From a candidate division WOR-3 bacterium (GTDB taxonomy: Bacteria; Hydrothermota; Hydrothermia; LBFQ01; DSFT01), in NCBI GenBank assembly GCA_025060695.1, contig JANXBH010000002.1, forward strand, positions 82,996-146,995: DNA of 64,000 nucleotides. The letters run 5' to 3'. A program made the position numbers and the translations under genes. The notes below the pieces were generated by a model. That model did not search any database, was not told the origin of the DNA, and worked only from the letters and a program-made list of their open reading frames with translations. Shown here piece after piece: positions 40,653-50,115 of the stretch. Every line of letters starts with the position of its first letter. The first letter of the stretch is position 1.

Positions 40653-41916
40653 TGAATGTTACTTCCTTCTCAATATCCTCCGTCGGCAACACAAGTATCG
40701 GTATTTCTATAGGTTGTTTTATTAAGTGATTTGAAAGCTTGTCCTTTACTTGAACTTTTATGTTTATAGTACCATAGTAGTCTTTCGGTGTGGTAAGCTT
40801 AAGAACAAACTCTCTCTTATTAGACTTATATCCTCCATCAAATTTAACTTGGGGATTTACAGTTATATCTATGACATAATCGCAAAGATTATTAAATTTT
40901 ATGTTAATTTCTCCTTCACTTCCTGAAGCAATAAATATAGGGACTTGAATTTCAGTAATCTTTGCATCAAATGTTTCATTTATGTATACTTCCCTTTTTA
41001 TCCTTTTACCATTTCTTATTTCTGTTATAATATAAGGCAGAAAATTTTGAACTTCCGAAAATGCTAAATATAACTCTTCAAGCATTTCACTTGCGCTATT
41101 AAATGTCTCATCCTCCATTTCTAAGGCTTTGAGAATAAACCTTTCAACTTTTTCTGGTATGTTTTGATTTATATATCTCGGAAGCTCTAATTTATTTGAA
41201 AGTTTCTCCGCATGTGTCCTTGCAATATCCTCTTCATCATATGGTGGCTTTCCTGTAAGCATGTAGTATAACAAAGCTCCAACACTATATAAATCCGCCT
41301 CATATGGAGTAATATCTAAACCCCTTAGGACTCTTGGAGAAATATACACAGGAGCACTAAGGAAACCTGATAACTTCAATCTTCTTATAGCCTTTTGAGC
41401 AATATGCCCAAGTCCAAAATCAGTTATAACAACATTCCCATCTTTAAATCTAATATTTTCAGGTTTTAAATTTTTATGTGCAATACCATGACCGTGAGCA
41501 TAAACCAATGCATTTAATATGTCCTCTGTAATACGAAGTGCATCTTCCAAAGATAACTTTCCCTTTTTCTTAACTAAGCTCCTTAAATCCTCCTCTAAAT
41601 AATCCACTACAAAGTAAAATATCTTACCTTCCATTTCCTTATCAATATCTAAAATCCAATTTATATTGGGATGACTTTCAAGAGCTGTGATATGCCTTAT
41701 TTGTTCCAAAATCTCACCTGCAATCTCCTTTAATATTTGAACATCCTTTTGGTCTCTTATTAGGTCAATTCTTAATATTTTAACTATTACGTCTTTATGT
41801 AAAAACTGATGTACAGCCTTATATACATGAAATATTGGACTTACCGCAATCTCTTCCTTTAATAAGTATTTTCCACTAAAAACTTTGTTTGCAAACAAAT
41901 TTTTATGCATTTTCAA
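40645..41916 (-). CDS. Hanks-type serine/threonine protein kinase with C-terminal domain of unknown function
   Basis: 'HKNLKPENI', 'DFGLG' and 'APE'-like 'SPR'; the likely true start is the ATG at 41910. Confidence 0.8.
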   Translation of the reverse strand: MKMHKNLFANKVFSGKYLLKEEIAVSPIFHVYKAVHQFLHKDVIVKILRIDLIRDQKDVQILKEIAGEILEQIRHITALESHPNINWILDIDKEMEGKIFYFVVDYLEEDLRSLVKKKGKLSLEDALRITEDILNALVYAHGHGIAHKNLKPENIRFKDGNVVITDFGLGHIAQKAIRRLKLSGFLSAPVYISPRVLRGLDITPYEADLYSVGALLYYMLTGKPPYDEEDIARTHAEKLSNKLELPRYINQNIPEKVERFILKALEMEDETFNSASEMLEELYLAFSEVQNFLPYIITEIRNGKRIKREVYINETFDAKITEIQVPIFIASGSEGEINIKFNNLCDYVIDITVNPQVKFDGGYKSNKREFVLKLTTPKDYYGTINIKVQVKDKLSNHLIKQPIEIPILVLPTEDIEKEVTFNA

Positions 41917-41946
41917 AATTTTAAAGTTTATGCTGTAAAATTTTAG
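41915..41946. promoter_or_regulatory. element copies for the divergent Ser/Thr kinase (CTTTAAAATTTTG, 4 nt from ATG 41910) and the surface-redox operon (TAAAATTTTAG, 4 nt from ATG 41949)
   Basis: sequence read directly. Confidence 0.45.
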
Positions 41947-41948
41947 TT

Positions 41949-43727
41949 ATGATTTACATTTTATTATCTAATATAATATTTTCTGAAAGTTTTGAAGGGG
42001 GAAGTTTTCCTCCAACTGGATGGGTAAAACTAGATCTTGGAACTTCAAATAGCGATGGATGGCAAAGAACTACTTCAAAAAAGAGAAGTGGTAACTATTC
42101 TGCATATGTAAGCTATCAGCCTTCTGCCAATACAAAAAACGAATGGCTTATAACACCTGCTATTAATCTATCAAATTATACAAAAGCATTTTTAATATTT
42201 TATGAAGATGAGAATTGGTGGTTCAGTTATGGAGGAGTACATAGGATAAGAATCTCTACAACTTCTCAAACTGATACTAATTCTTTCGTAATAGTAAGAG
42301 AAATGACACCTGCAAATCATTCAATAACAGGTTTTTCAGGTGATCCTGTAATGGTTGATATTTCCTCCTTTGTGGGAAATTCTACTGTATATATAGCATT
42401 TCAATATCAGGGTAAAGATAGAGATGACTGGTTCATAGACGATGTTAGAGTTTTTGTGCCATATCATTATGATGTAAAACCTGTTAAGATTCTAAATCCA
42501 AAACCATTTGTAGGTTCTAATATTATACTTCCAAATGTGCAAATAATGAATTATGGTGTAAATAATCTAACGAATATTCCAGTAAGACTTATAATAAGGG
42601 ACTTCAATAATAATATAGTATATAATGAAATTAAATATGTTAACTCACTTAATTCCTTTGAGTATAGTAATGTTTCATTCCCTCAATTTACAGGTTTAAA
42701 CAATAAAATCTATAAACTTGAAGTTATAACGGAACTTCAAAATGACCAAGACAGAAGTAATGATACAATAAGAATGAACGCATATACTTACATAACTTCA
42801 CAAAAACCACTATTTGAGAGATTTACTAACACCTCATGTGGTCCCTGTGGTCCTGCAGACAACTACATGCACCAGATATACCAAACCTATCTATATAATG
42901 TGGGAATAGTGGTTTATCATACCTGGTGGCCTTCAAGTTCCGATCCAATGTATGTCTATAATACTTCTCAAAACCAGCAAAGGACCAATTACTATAGTGT
43001 AAATGCAGTACCATGGGCTTGGATAAATGGTACAGTAAATGCATCATCCAGTTATACTCAATGGATGAACTTAGTAAATAGTGAAATGAACTATAGAAAA
43101 ACTCCCATACTATTTGCGTTTGATAATACAAATAGTTATGTAAGCTTGAGTGGAAATGGTCAAATAGCTTTTCATATAAACCAAGTAGGTGAAATGGAAA
43201 GTGGAAACTATAAAATAAGAATAGCAATACTTGAAGATAGTATTTACTACAGTGCTGCAAATGGAACACAATTTCATCCCATGACATTTAGGCATTTAAT
43301 TGAGGATAACTTTTCACCGTCTACAAACCAGAATATATACAAAACTTATACATTTACATTTAGACCTGATAAAGCACCACCTGATAATATTGATAGTGTA
43401 AATGTAGATAAGATGGTGGCTGTAGTATTTATCCAAAGAGATGACGATAAGAGCGTATGGGCAGTTGATGTGTATAAGTTCGTAAATGTAAATGTTTCCG
43501 AAGATAAAAAAGATAGTAATTTTTATTTAAAGGGTAATAGTTTCATACTTATAGGTAATAATTTAGCAAATTTAAAAATATATGATGTTTCAGGTAAACT
43601 ATTAATAGATAGGAGTTTTAATCTAAAGGGTAAAATTGAGTTTATTCCAAAGCTTAAAAGAGGGCTATATATTTATAAAGCTGAAATCGGGAGTAAAACA
43701 TGGGAAGGAAAATTCTTATATTATTAG
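41949..43727 (+). CDS. secreted multidomain protein: N-terminal cleaved-adhesin/choice-of-anchor-like domain, CARDB-like domain, thioredoxin-motif (CGPC) domain, T9SS-type C-terminal sorting domain
   Basis: 'ESFEGGSFPPTGW', 'FTNTSCGPCGPAD', and a C-terminal 'KIYDVSGKLL...LKRGLYIYKAEIGSKTWEGKFLYY' typical of Por/T9SS CTDs. Confidence 0.55.
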   Translation: MIYILLSNIIFSESFEGGSFPPTGWVKLDLGTSNSDGWQRTTSKKRSGNYSAYVSYQPSANTKNEWLITPAINLSNYTKAFLIFYEDENWWFSYGGVHRIRISTTSQTDTNSFVIVREMTPANHSITGFSGDPVMVDISSFVGNSTVYIAFQYQGKDRDDWFIDDVRVFVPYHYDVKPVKILNPKPFVGSNIILPNVQIMNYGVNNLTNIPVRLIIRDFNNNIVYNEIKYVNSLNSFEYSNVSFPQFTGLNNKIYKLEVITELQNDQDRSNDTIRMNAYTYITSQKPLFERFTNTSCGPCGPADNYMHQIYQTYLYNVGIVVYHTWWPSSSDPMYVYNTSQNQQRTNYYSVNAVPWAWINGTVNASSSYTQWMNLVNSEMNYRKTPILFAFDNTNSYVSLSGNGQIAFHINQVGEMESGNYKIRIAILEDSIYYSAANGTQFHPMTFRHLIEDNFSPSTNQNIYKTYTFTFRPDKAPPDNIDSVNVDKMVAVVFIQRDDDKSVWAVDVYKFVNVNVSEDKKDSNFYLKGNSFILIGNNLANLKIYDVSGKLLIDRSFNLKGKIEFIPKLKRGLYIYKAEIGSKTWEGKFLYY

Positions 43728-44752
43728 TCTTAATTTTCGCTTGTAAAAAGAAAGAAGTTAGTGAAGATACTACTTTGATTAATCCCATTCTTGTAGAACA
43801 ATTTACTAACTATAAGTGTTTTCCGTGCAATGGTGCAAACGAGATAGTTGACTCATTTCAGAGAGTTTATAGTGATAAAGTCTTTGTTGTAAGGTATCAT
43901 GTAAATGTCCCGTATCCAAATGACCCAATATATATTCCATACTCAGATAGCATGGTAAATTACTATAATTTGGACCTTAGCTCAGGTGTTCCAATTACTA
44001 TAATCTCAGGAGGCTTTAAGGATATAGGATATGATGATACTCAAAGGGAAGACTATAAACAAAGATGGTTGAATAAAATGAGGGAGTTTTCAAAGATAGA
44101 ATATCAATATAAAGCCAATGGAAATGTGGAACATTTTGGAAATAGTGCAAATGTAAATATTACTCTTGATAAAAGTTTATCACCAAATCATAGGGCAAAT
44201 ATATATATAACTGAATACGACGTGAAACTTCCGCAAGGAAGCTCAAAACCATATTCTCACTTTGCCTTAAGAAGTGCATCTACTGGTTTAAGTGCAAACT
44301 TTACAATAAATGAAAGCTGGAATAAAAACAACTTGTATATACTCTTTGTCATAAGAGATGAAAACAAAAAGGTAATTTCACTATGGCAAGGAAAATTACC
44401 TAATGAAATTTTGACTTATTATCTTCAAAACGACTCAATTCTTAATGTGAACCAAAATGAAACAGGTAAGTTCTATTTAAAATTAAAAAATAATACTAAT
44501 CAAGTTCAAAGAATACTAATTGACATTTCAGGTGTTCCTAAAACTTGGACCCCAATACTTTGCTTTAGAGGTGTTTGCAGAAATACAACCACCTTAGAGG
44601 ATAGTATACTACCAAACTATGAAACCGCTGACAGTGCCTTTTATTTTGGTTTTATACCTACTACAAGTGAAAATGTTATTATTGAAATGAAAGTTTCCAT
44701 TGAAGGTAAAAACTTATATAAGACTATAAACGGAAGGGTTATTGTCCCATGA
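43700..44752 (+). CDS. lipoprotein paralogous to the central domains of the preceding protein (CFPC thioredoxin-like motif)
   Basis: lipobox 'FAC'; 'FTNYKCFPCNGAN...VVRYHVNVPYPNDPIY' aligns with 'FTNTSCGPCGPAD...VVYHTWWPSSSDPMY' of the upstream gene. Confidence 0.5.
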   Translation: MGRKILILLVLIFACKKKEVSEDTTLINPILVEQFTNYKCFPCNGANEIVDSFQRVYSDKVFVVRYHVNVPYPNDPIYIPYSDSMVNYYNLDLSSGVPITIISGGFKDIGYDDTQREDYKQRWLNKMREFSKIEYQYKANGNVEHFGNSANVNITLDKSLSPNHRANIYITEYDVKLPQGSSKPYSHFALRSASTGLSANFTINESWNKNNLYILFVIRDENKKVISLWQGKLPNEILTYYLQNDSILNVNQNETGKFYLKLKNNTNQVQRILIDISGVPKTWTPILCFRGVCRNTTTLEDSILPNYETADSAFYFGFIPTTSENVIIEMKVSIEGKNLYKTINGRVIVP

Positions 44753-45150
44753 TATTTTTTATTGGCTTTTCAATAACAGATATTTATGGCAAAAGTTATA
44801 ATCTTGCGGATTTTAATAGTTATATTATTTTAGATTTTTGGGCGACTTGGTGCGCCCACTGTGATGAAGAGCTTGATAAATTAAATAAAGAATTTTATAA
44901 TGACAGCTTATTTAAGGTTGTTGCAATAAGCCTTGATACCAAGAGAGATGTTGAAAAAATTAAACAAATTGCAAAAAGTAGAAATTGGAACTTTATAATA
45001 AGTATTGATGAGGGGAAAAAAATTGCATCCAAGTATGGTATTGTAGGGCTTCCTACAGTTGTCATTTTAGATAAGAACTTAAAAGTAAAAAAGAAAATTA
45101 CTGGTTATCATCCAAATCTTTTAGAACTAATAAGAAAAGCAGTTAAATGA
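44749..45150 (+). CDS. TlpA-like thiol:disulfide oxidoreductase (thioredoxin fold)
   Basis: 'DFWATWCAHCDEE' CxxC and 'GIVGLPTVVIL'. Confidence 0.75.
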   Translation: MIFFIGFSITDIYGKSYNLADFNSYIILDFWATWCAHCDEELDKLNKEFYNDSLFKVVAISLDTKRDVEKIKQIAKSRNWNFIISIDEGKKIASKYGIVGLPTVVILDKNLKVKKKITGYHPNLLELIRKAVK

Positions 45151-46319
45151 TTTTTTTCATATCCATAGGTAATAACTTTTGGTTCTCCGATAGTATTAGA
45201 AATTTTTTTAGTTTAAACACCAACCTTAATTTTAAGGACATTCAAGGTTATGTAGAACTAAGGGACTATCGAAGTCCATCCATTATTTATGGACAAAACT
45301 ACAACTTCAATATTTTCAGAGCATACTTAAAATATAAACTATTAACTATAGGGGATAATACCATCTCTTTTGGAAGAGGGCTATCGTTATTTTTGTCATA
45401 TGACGAAAAAGCCATATTGGAAAGTTATTTAAGGGGTATTGTGCTTGAGTTTAATAAAATTTCAATTTATGGAGGTATTAAAAGAAAATGGTTATACTAT
45501 TCTTCTGATAATGATACGACCTATATTTTAGGCTCATACTTTCAATATAGGTTTTTTGGAGTAAATGGACTATATTATAAGAACCAAGATTACGGTTTTT
45601 TGACCTCTTCTTACTTGGATTTTTCTAATTTTTATGTAGAAATTGCGTATAGAAATGGATATGACATATTTACATTTTCAAACAATGAGGGATATGGATT
45701 ATTTTCTTCAATTTCATTTTTTGGAATAAAGCTTGAGTATTGCTATTATGATAAAATATATGAAAGTTTTAATTTACCTGCCACTATAAATAGCTATGGA
45801 CTACTTTCTTCATCTGCGAGAAATGAAACAGGCTTATCCTTAAGTTATGCCTATAAAAATTTTTTAGCAGAAATTTCAAGAACATACGATATTAAATGGA
45901 GTAAAAATTTACTTAATTACTACAATATTAGTTTCTATAACGAATTTTCAAAAATCAGAGCTTATAGAGTATTTTCTATAAACCAAAATTTGGACGATTA
46001 CGTTTTAAGCTTAGATTTAAAAATAAAAAGTCTTATGGGAGCAATTGAATACAGAAATAGAAAGAATGAAGCTCAACCATTTATTTCTGTTGGTTATATA
46101 TATGAATTTCTAAATATTGCCGTAAATTATCGTAGGTTTTTCAATAGTAATAAATTTGACTATTTTTTTGAGTTAAAATACGATAATACGAAAAATATGA
46201 TTATTTCTATAGGATATGGTGAGTTTTCAGGTGATATTGTATGCTCCTCTGGTATTTGTAGATACGAACCACCATTTAAGGGTCTAAAAAGCTCCATAAA
46301 TTTCAATTATTCTTTTTAA
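45147..46319 (+). CDS. putative outer-membrane beta-barrel protein
   Basis: aromatic-rich alternating pattern with a C-terminal 'NFNYSF' (terminal Phe). Confidence 0.4.
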   Translation: MIFFISIGNNFWFSDSIRNFFSLNTNLNFKDIQGYVELRDYRSPSIIYGQNYNFNIFRAYLKYKLLTIGDNTISFGRGLSLFLSYDEKAILESYLRGIVLEFNKISIYGGIKRKWLYYSSDNDTTYILGSYFQYRFFGVNGLYYKNQDYGFLTSSYLDFSNFYVEIAYRNGYDIFTFSNNEGYGLFSSISFFGIKLEYCYYDKIYESFNLPATINSYGLLSSSARNETGLSLSYAYKNFLAEISRTYDIKWSKNLLNYYNISFYNEFSKIRAYRVFSINQNLDDYVLSLDLKIKSLMGAIEYRNRKNEAQPFISVGYIYEFLNIAVNYRRFFNSNKFDYFFELKYDNTKNMIISIGYGEFSGDIVCSSGICRYEPPFKGLKSSINFNYSF

Positions 46320-46335
46320 AACTTTAAAATTTAGC

Positions 46336-47334
46336 TTGATAATGGAACTTAGTTTAATTTTCAAATTGGACTTTTATCCATTTTTTTCTTTTACTGAAAA
46401 TAACTATATTTACTTTGTAGGAAATAAAGTTGAGGCATATAATAATAACAGAAAAATTTATAGCTATAGACTAAATTCAAGGTTTATAAGTGCTTGTAAG
46501 TTGGGTAATTCGCTATTTATTTTAACTGATAACCAAGTCATAAATTTTAGCTACAAGAACAATAAAGTGATTAATTCTATAAAATCTTCCTTCTCAAGCA
46601 TAAATTGTTATAAAAATAACATAGCTCTAAGTAATAACACTCAAACTTACATTTTTGATACAAATTTTAAAAATCTTTCAGTTATATCTTTAAATAACCT
46701 CATAGGAGATTTCATTTCTGACGCTGATACAGTTTCAAAAAGGGTTAGACTTATTTCTATATCTAACTTAGATACTTTGACCATAAGAAACTTTGAGGGT
46801 TTTATACCATACTTTGGTAAAAAGGATAGCATATATAGTTTAATTGCCGGATTTTCAAAAAGAAACTTCTATTTATACTTTTTTGAAAATAAAAGCTTGC
46901 GATGGTATAATAAAATATCAGTTAAAATAATACTTTCAAATGCTATAATTAATCCAAAAGATAGAACGATTTTACTATATGGTTCATCACAAAGAACATT
47001 TTATATAAATCTAAAAGACATTTCAGGAGAGGACATATGGATATATAATCCAAGAGTTTTAGGTATATACCTACTTGATGAGAGTTTTAAAGATGTACTA
47101 ATAGAGAATAAAAAGATAATTGCGGTAGGTTATTCAATGAGGGAAGGTGAAAAGGTTGGAGTTATTAAAGTTTTAGATTATACAACAGGAGAAGAAATAT
47201 TACATTATCAAGATCAAGAAGTTGAAGATTTTATAAGGATACTTAAGGTAAAGGAGGAAATGTATTTAATTGGACTATCTAAGAAGTTCATAGGTGTTTA
47301 TAGATTAGATTTTAAACCTAAGACTATTTACTAA
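46336..47334 (+). CDS. hypothetical protein (possible beta-propeller)
   Basis: ORF only; last gene of the operon. Confidence 0.3.
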   Translation: MIMELSLIFKLDFYPFFSFTENNYIYFVGNKVEAYNNNRKIYSYRLNSRFISACKLGNSLFILTDNQVINFSYKNNKVINSIKSSFSSINCYKNNIALSNNTQTYIFDTNFKNLSVISLNNLIGDFISDADTVSKRVRLISISNLDTLTIRNFEGFIPYFGKKDSIYSLIAGFSKRNFYLYFFENKSLRWYNKISVKIILSNAIINPKDRTILLYGSSQRTFYINLKDISGEDIWIYNPRVLGIYLLDESFKDVLIENKKIIAVGYSMREGEKVGVIKVLDYTTGEEILHYQDQEVEDFIRILKVKEEMYLIGLSKKFIGVYRLDFKPKTIY

Positions 47335-47339
47335 ATTTC

Positions 47340-47351
47340 CTTTAAAATTTT
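47340..47351 (+). promoter_or_regulatory. CTTTAAAATTTT element 5 nt upstream of the proS ATG
   Basis: exact 12-mer. Confidence 0.5.
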
Positions 47352-47356
47352 CTTTT

Positions 47357-49036
47357 ATGAGATATAGTAATGCATTTATTCCTACACTGAGAGAAGAGCC
47401 ACAGGACGCTGAAAATATTAGTCATAAACTATTAGTTAGAGGTGGTTTTATAAAACAGTTGTCTTCGGGTATATTTATATTTTTACCAGTTGGCTGGAAA
47501 GTAATTAGCAAGATATATAGAATTATTAAAGAAGAAATGGATAGAATAGGAGCGCAAGAACTTTTCATGCCCTCATTAACACCTTCGCAAATATGGAAAG
47601 AGAGTGGAAGGTGGGAAGAATATGGAGATGATATGCTTAGAGTAAAGGATAGAAAAAATAGGGAATATGCCTTATCACCAACACATGAAGAAATCATTAC
47701 AGAAATAGCAAGAAAGCATATTCATTCATATAAAGACCTACCCCAGATTTGGTATCAGGTTCAAACTAAATTTAGAGATGAACTTAGACCAAGGGGAGGT
47801 TTACTTAGGGTAAGAGAATTTTTAATGAAGGATTCTTATTCGCTTGATGAAAGTTGGGAAGGTTTAGATAGAAGTTATGAATTGCATAAACAAGCATATA
47901 TAAGAATTTTCAAGAGATGTGGTCTTAAATTTGTGCATCTTAGAGCTTCAAGCGGACTAATGGGAGGAAGTTTATCGGAAGAATTTGCAATAATATCGGA
48001 TGCAGGTGAAGATGAAGTAGCTATATGTGAAAATTGCGGATATAGTGCAAACTTAGAAGTAGCAATTTCAAAAGTCCCTAACTATGCAATCTCAAAATAT
48101 GACGAATTTAAAAAAGTCTATACACCTGATAAAACTACTGTTGAAGAGTTGGCAGAATTTTTGAAAATTGGCAAGGAGCATATAATAAAGAGCTTAGTAT
48201 ACTACGTAAATAATAAACCTTATTTAGTGCTTATTAGAGGAGATTATGAGGTAAATGAGGAAAAACTTAGAAAGATAATAGGGAATTTTCAATATGCAAC
48301 TGATGAGGATATTTTAAGTCTTGGTTCATATCCCGGCTTTATCGGTCCACATAATTTAAACATTGAAATTATTAGTGATGAATCCATAAAGCATATGGAC
48401 GATGGAATCATCGGTGCAAATGAAAAAGATTATCATTATATCGGTTATAAAATCAATTTTGATAGATACTACGATATAAGAAAAGTAAAAGAAAAAGACT
48501 TATGTCCCGAGTGTGGAAAAGAGATAAGTATTAAAAGAGCAATTGAAATAGGGCATATATTTAAGCTTGGGACAAGATACTCAATTAGTATGGGCGCATA
48601 CTTTCAGGATAAGGATGGTTCCTTAAAGCCCATTATTATGGGAAGTTATGGTATAGGTCTTGGAAGAATCATGTCAGGTGCAATAGAAATATATAATGAC
48701 GAAAATGGCATTATCTGGCCTATTAGTATAGCGCCATTTGAAGCTGTTATTATTGATATTTTAGGAAATAATTTTGCATCTGAAATATATGAAAAGTTAA
48801 GAAATGAAGTAGATATTTTATTAGACGATAGAAAGGACATTTCAGCAGGTGTAAAATTTAATGACGCGGACCTTATTGGTATCCCATTTAAAATAATTGT
48901 AGGTAAAAAGTTCAACGAAGGAAAGATAGAGGTTCAAAGAAGAGATAAAACCGCAGTTTATGAAGTAAATATAAATCAGGCTGTTGATACAATTAAGAAA
49001 ATTATATTAGATGAAAGAAGGAAGTTTGAAATATAA
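47357..49036 (+). CDS. proS: proline--tRNA ligase
   Basis: class II aaRS motifs 'FRDELRPRGGLLRVREF' and 'GSYGIG', with an editing-domain insertion. Confidence 0.95.
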   Translation: MRYSNAFIPTLREEPQDAENISHKLLVRGGFIKQLSSGIFIFLPVGWKVISKIYRIIKEEMDRIGAQELFMPSLTPSQIWKESGRWEEYGDDMLRVKDRKNREYALSPTHEEIITEIARKHIHSYKDLPQIWYQVQTKFRDELRPRGGLLRVREFLMKDSYSLDESWEGLDRSYELHKQAYIRIFKRCGLKFVHLRASSGLMGGSLSEEFAIISDAGEDEVAICENCGYSANLEVAISKVPNYAISKYDEFKKVYTPDKTTVEELAEFLKIGKEHIIKSLVYYVNNKPYLVLIRGDYEVNEEKLRKIIGNFQYATDEDILSLGSYPGFIGPHNLNIEIISDESIKHMDDGIIGANEKDYHYIGYKINFDRYYDIRKVKEKDLCPECGKEISIKRAIEIGHIFKLGTRYSISMGAYFQDKDGSLKPIIMGSYGIGLGRIMSGAIEIYNDENGIIWPISIAPFEAVIIDILGNNFASEIYEKLRNEVDILLDDRKDISAGVKFNDADLIGIPFKIIVGKKFNEGKIEVQRRDKTAVYEVNINQAVDTIKKIILDERRKFEI

Positions 49037-50039
49037 GTTATGGTTTGATATTTCAAATAGTCCTCACGTGCTATTTTTCAAGCCCATCATAGACATTTTA
49101 AGCAATGAGTATGAAATTGTTATAACTTCAAGGGACTTTAGTCATACTATTGAGCTTCTTAGGAGTTTTGGGATAAATTCAACGATAATTGGAAAACACG
49201 ATGGAAAAAATAAATTTAGAAAAATTTTGGGACTATTTAAAAGAGCTTTTGAACTAAGGAGTTATATAAAAGATAAAGGGAATATTTCCTTGTCAATATC
49301 ACATAATTCTTACCATCAAATATTAGCATCAAAAATACTAAAAATTAAAAGCATTACATTTATGGATTTTGAAGGACAAATAGCAAACCATATTGCATTT
49401 AGACTTTCTGATAAGGTAGTTGTCCCAAAATATTTTAAAAGAGAATATTTAAAAATTTATGGTGCTAAAAATGTAAGATTTTATAGTGGTTTAAAGGAAG
49501 AAGTTTATCTCTGGAATTTTTACGATAGTAAAGACTACATTTTAGAACTTGGTATAAGTAGGGACTTGCCCGTATGTGTAGTTCGGCCTCCTGCAATTTC
49601 TTCTTTATACTATAAAAATAATAACTTGTTCTATGAGGTTTTAAAATATGTTTCAAAATTTTCAAAAGTAATTCTAATACCAAGAGAAAAGAACGATATT
49701 TATAAGCTTGGTATATCAAAATTATTAAATGAAAATATTTTTATACCAAATAAAGCACTAAATGGACCAAGGCTTTTATATTGGTCTGATTTTGTAATTT
49801 CAGGGGGTGGAACTATGAATAGAGAAAGTGCATTGCTTGGAACAAAAGCATATAGTATTTTTCAAGGTATAAAAAGTGGGGTAGATGAATACTTAGAAAG
49901 TATTGGAATGTTAAAATATATAAATCATCCAACTGAAATAAAAATAGAGAAAAAAACAAAATTTGAAAAACTTGTAAATGAACCAACGGTTTTAAACGAA
50001 ATTGTTGAAATTATAAGAGAAACTATAAAAACAACTTAA
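49011..50039 (+). CDS. DUF354 family protein
   Basis: 'YKLWFDISNSPHVLFF', the characteristic DUF354 N-terminus. Confidence 0.55.
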   Translation: MKEGSLKYKLWFDISNSPHVLFFKPIIDILSNEYEIVITSRDFSHTIELLRSFGINSTIIGKHDGKNKFRKILGLFKRAFELRSYIKDKGNISLSISHNSYHQILASKILKIKSITFMDFEGQIANHIAFRLSDKVVVPKYFKREYLKIYGAKNVRFYSGLKEEVYLWNFYDSKDYILELGISRDLPVCVVRPPAISSLYYKNNNLFYEVLKYVSKFSKVILIPREKNDIYKLGISKLLNENIFIPNKALNGPRLLYWSDFVISGGGTMNRESALLGTKAYSIFQGIKSGVDEYLESIGMLKYINHPTEIKIEKKTKFEKLVNEPTVLNEIVEIIRETIKTT

Positions 50040-50075
50040 ATATTTCTTACTCTTTTAGTAGTAAATAAAATTTAG

Positions 50076-50087
50076 CTTTAAAATTTT
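50076..50087 (+). promoter_or_regulatory. CTTTAAAATTTT element about 28 nt upstream of the cbaA ATG, with an intervening AGGAGG SD
   Basis: exact 12-mer; the spacing fits a -10-like element plus a short 5' UTR. Confidence 0.5.
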
Positions 50088-50115
50088 TTTCGTTGTTTAA
50101 ACAGGAGGTTGAAAA

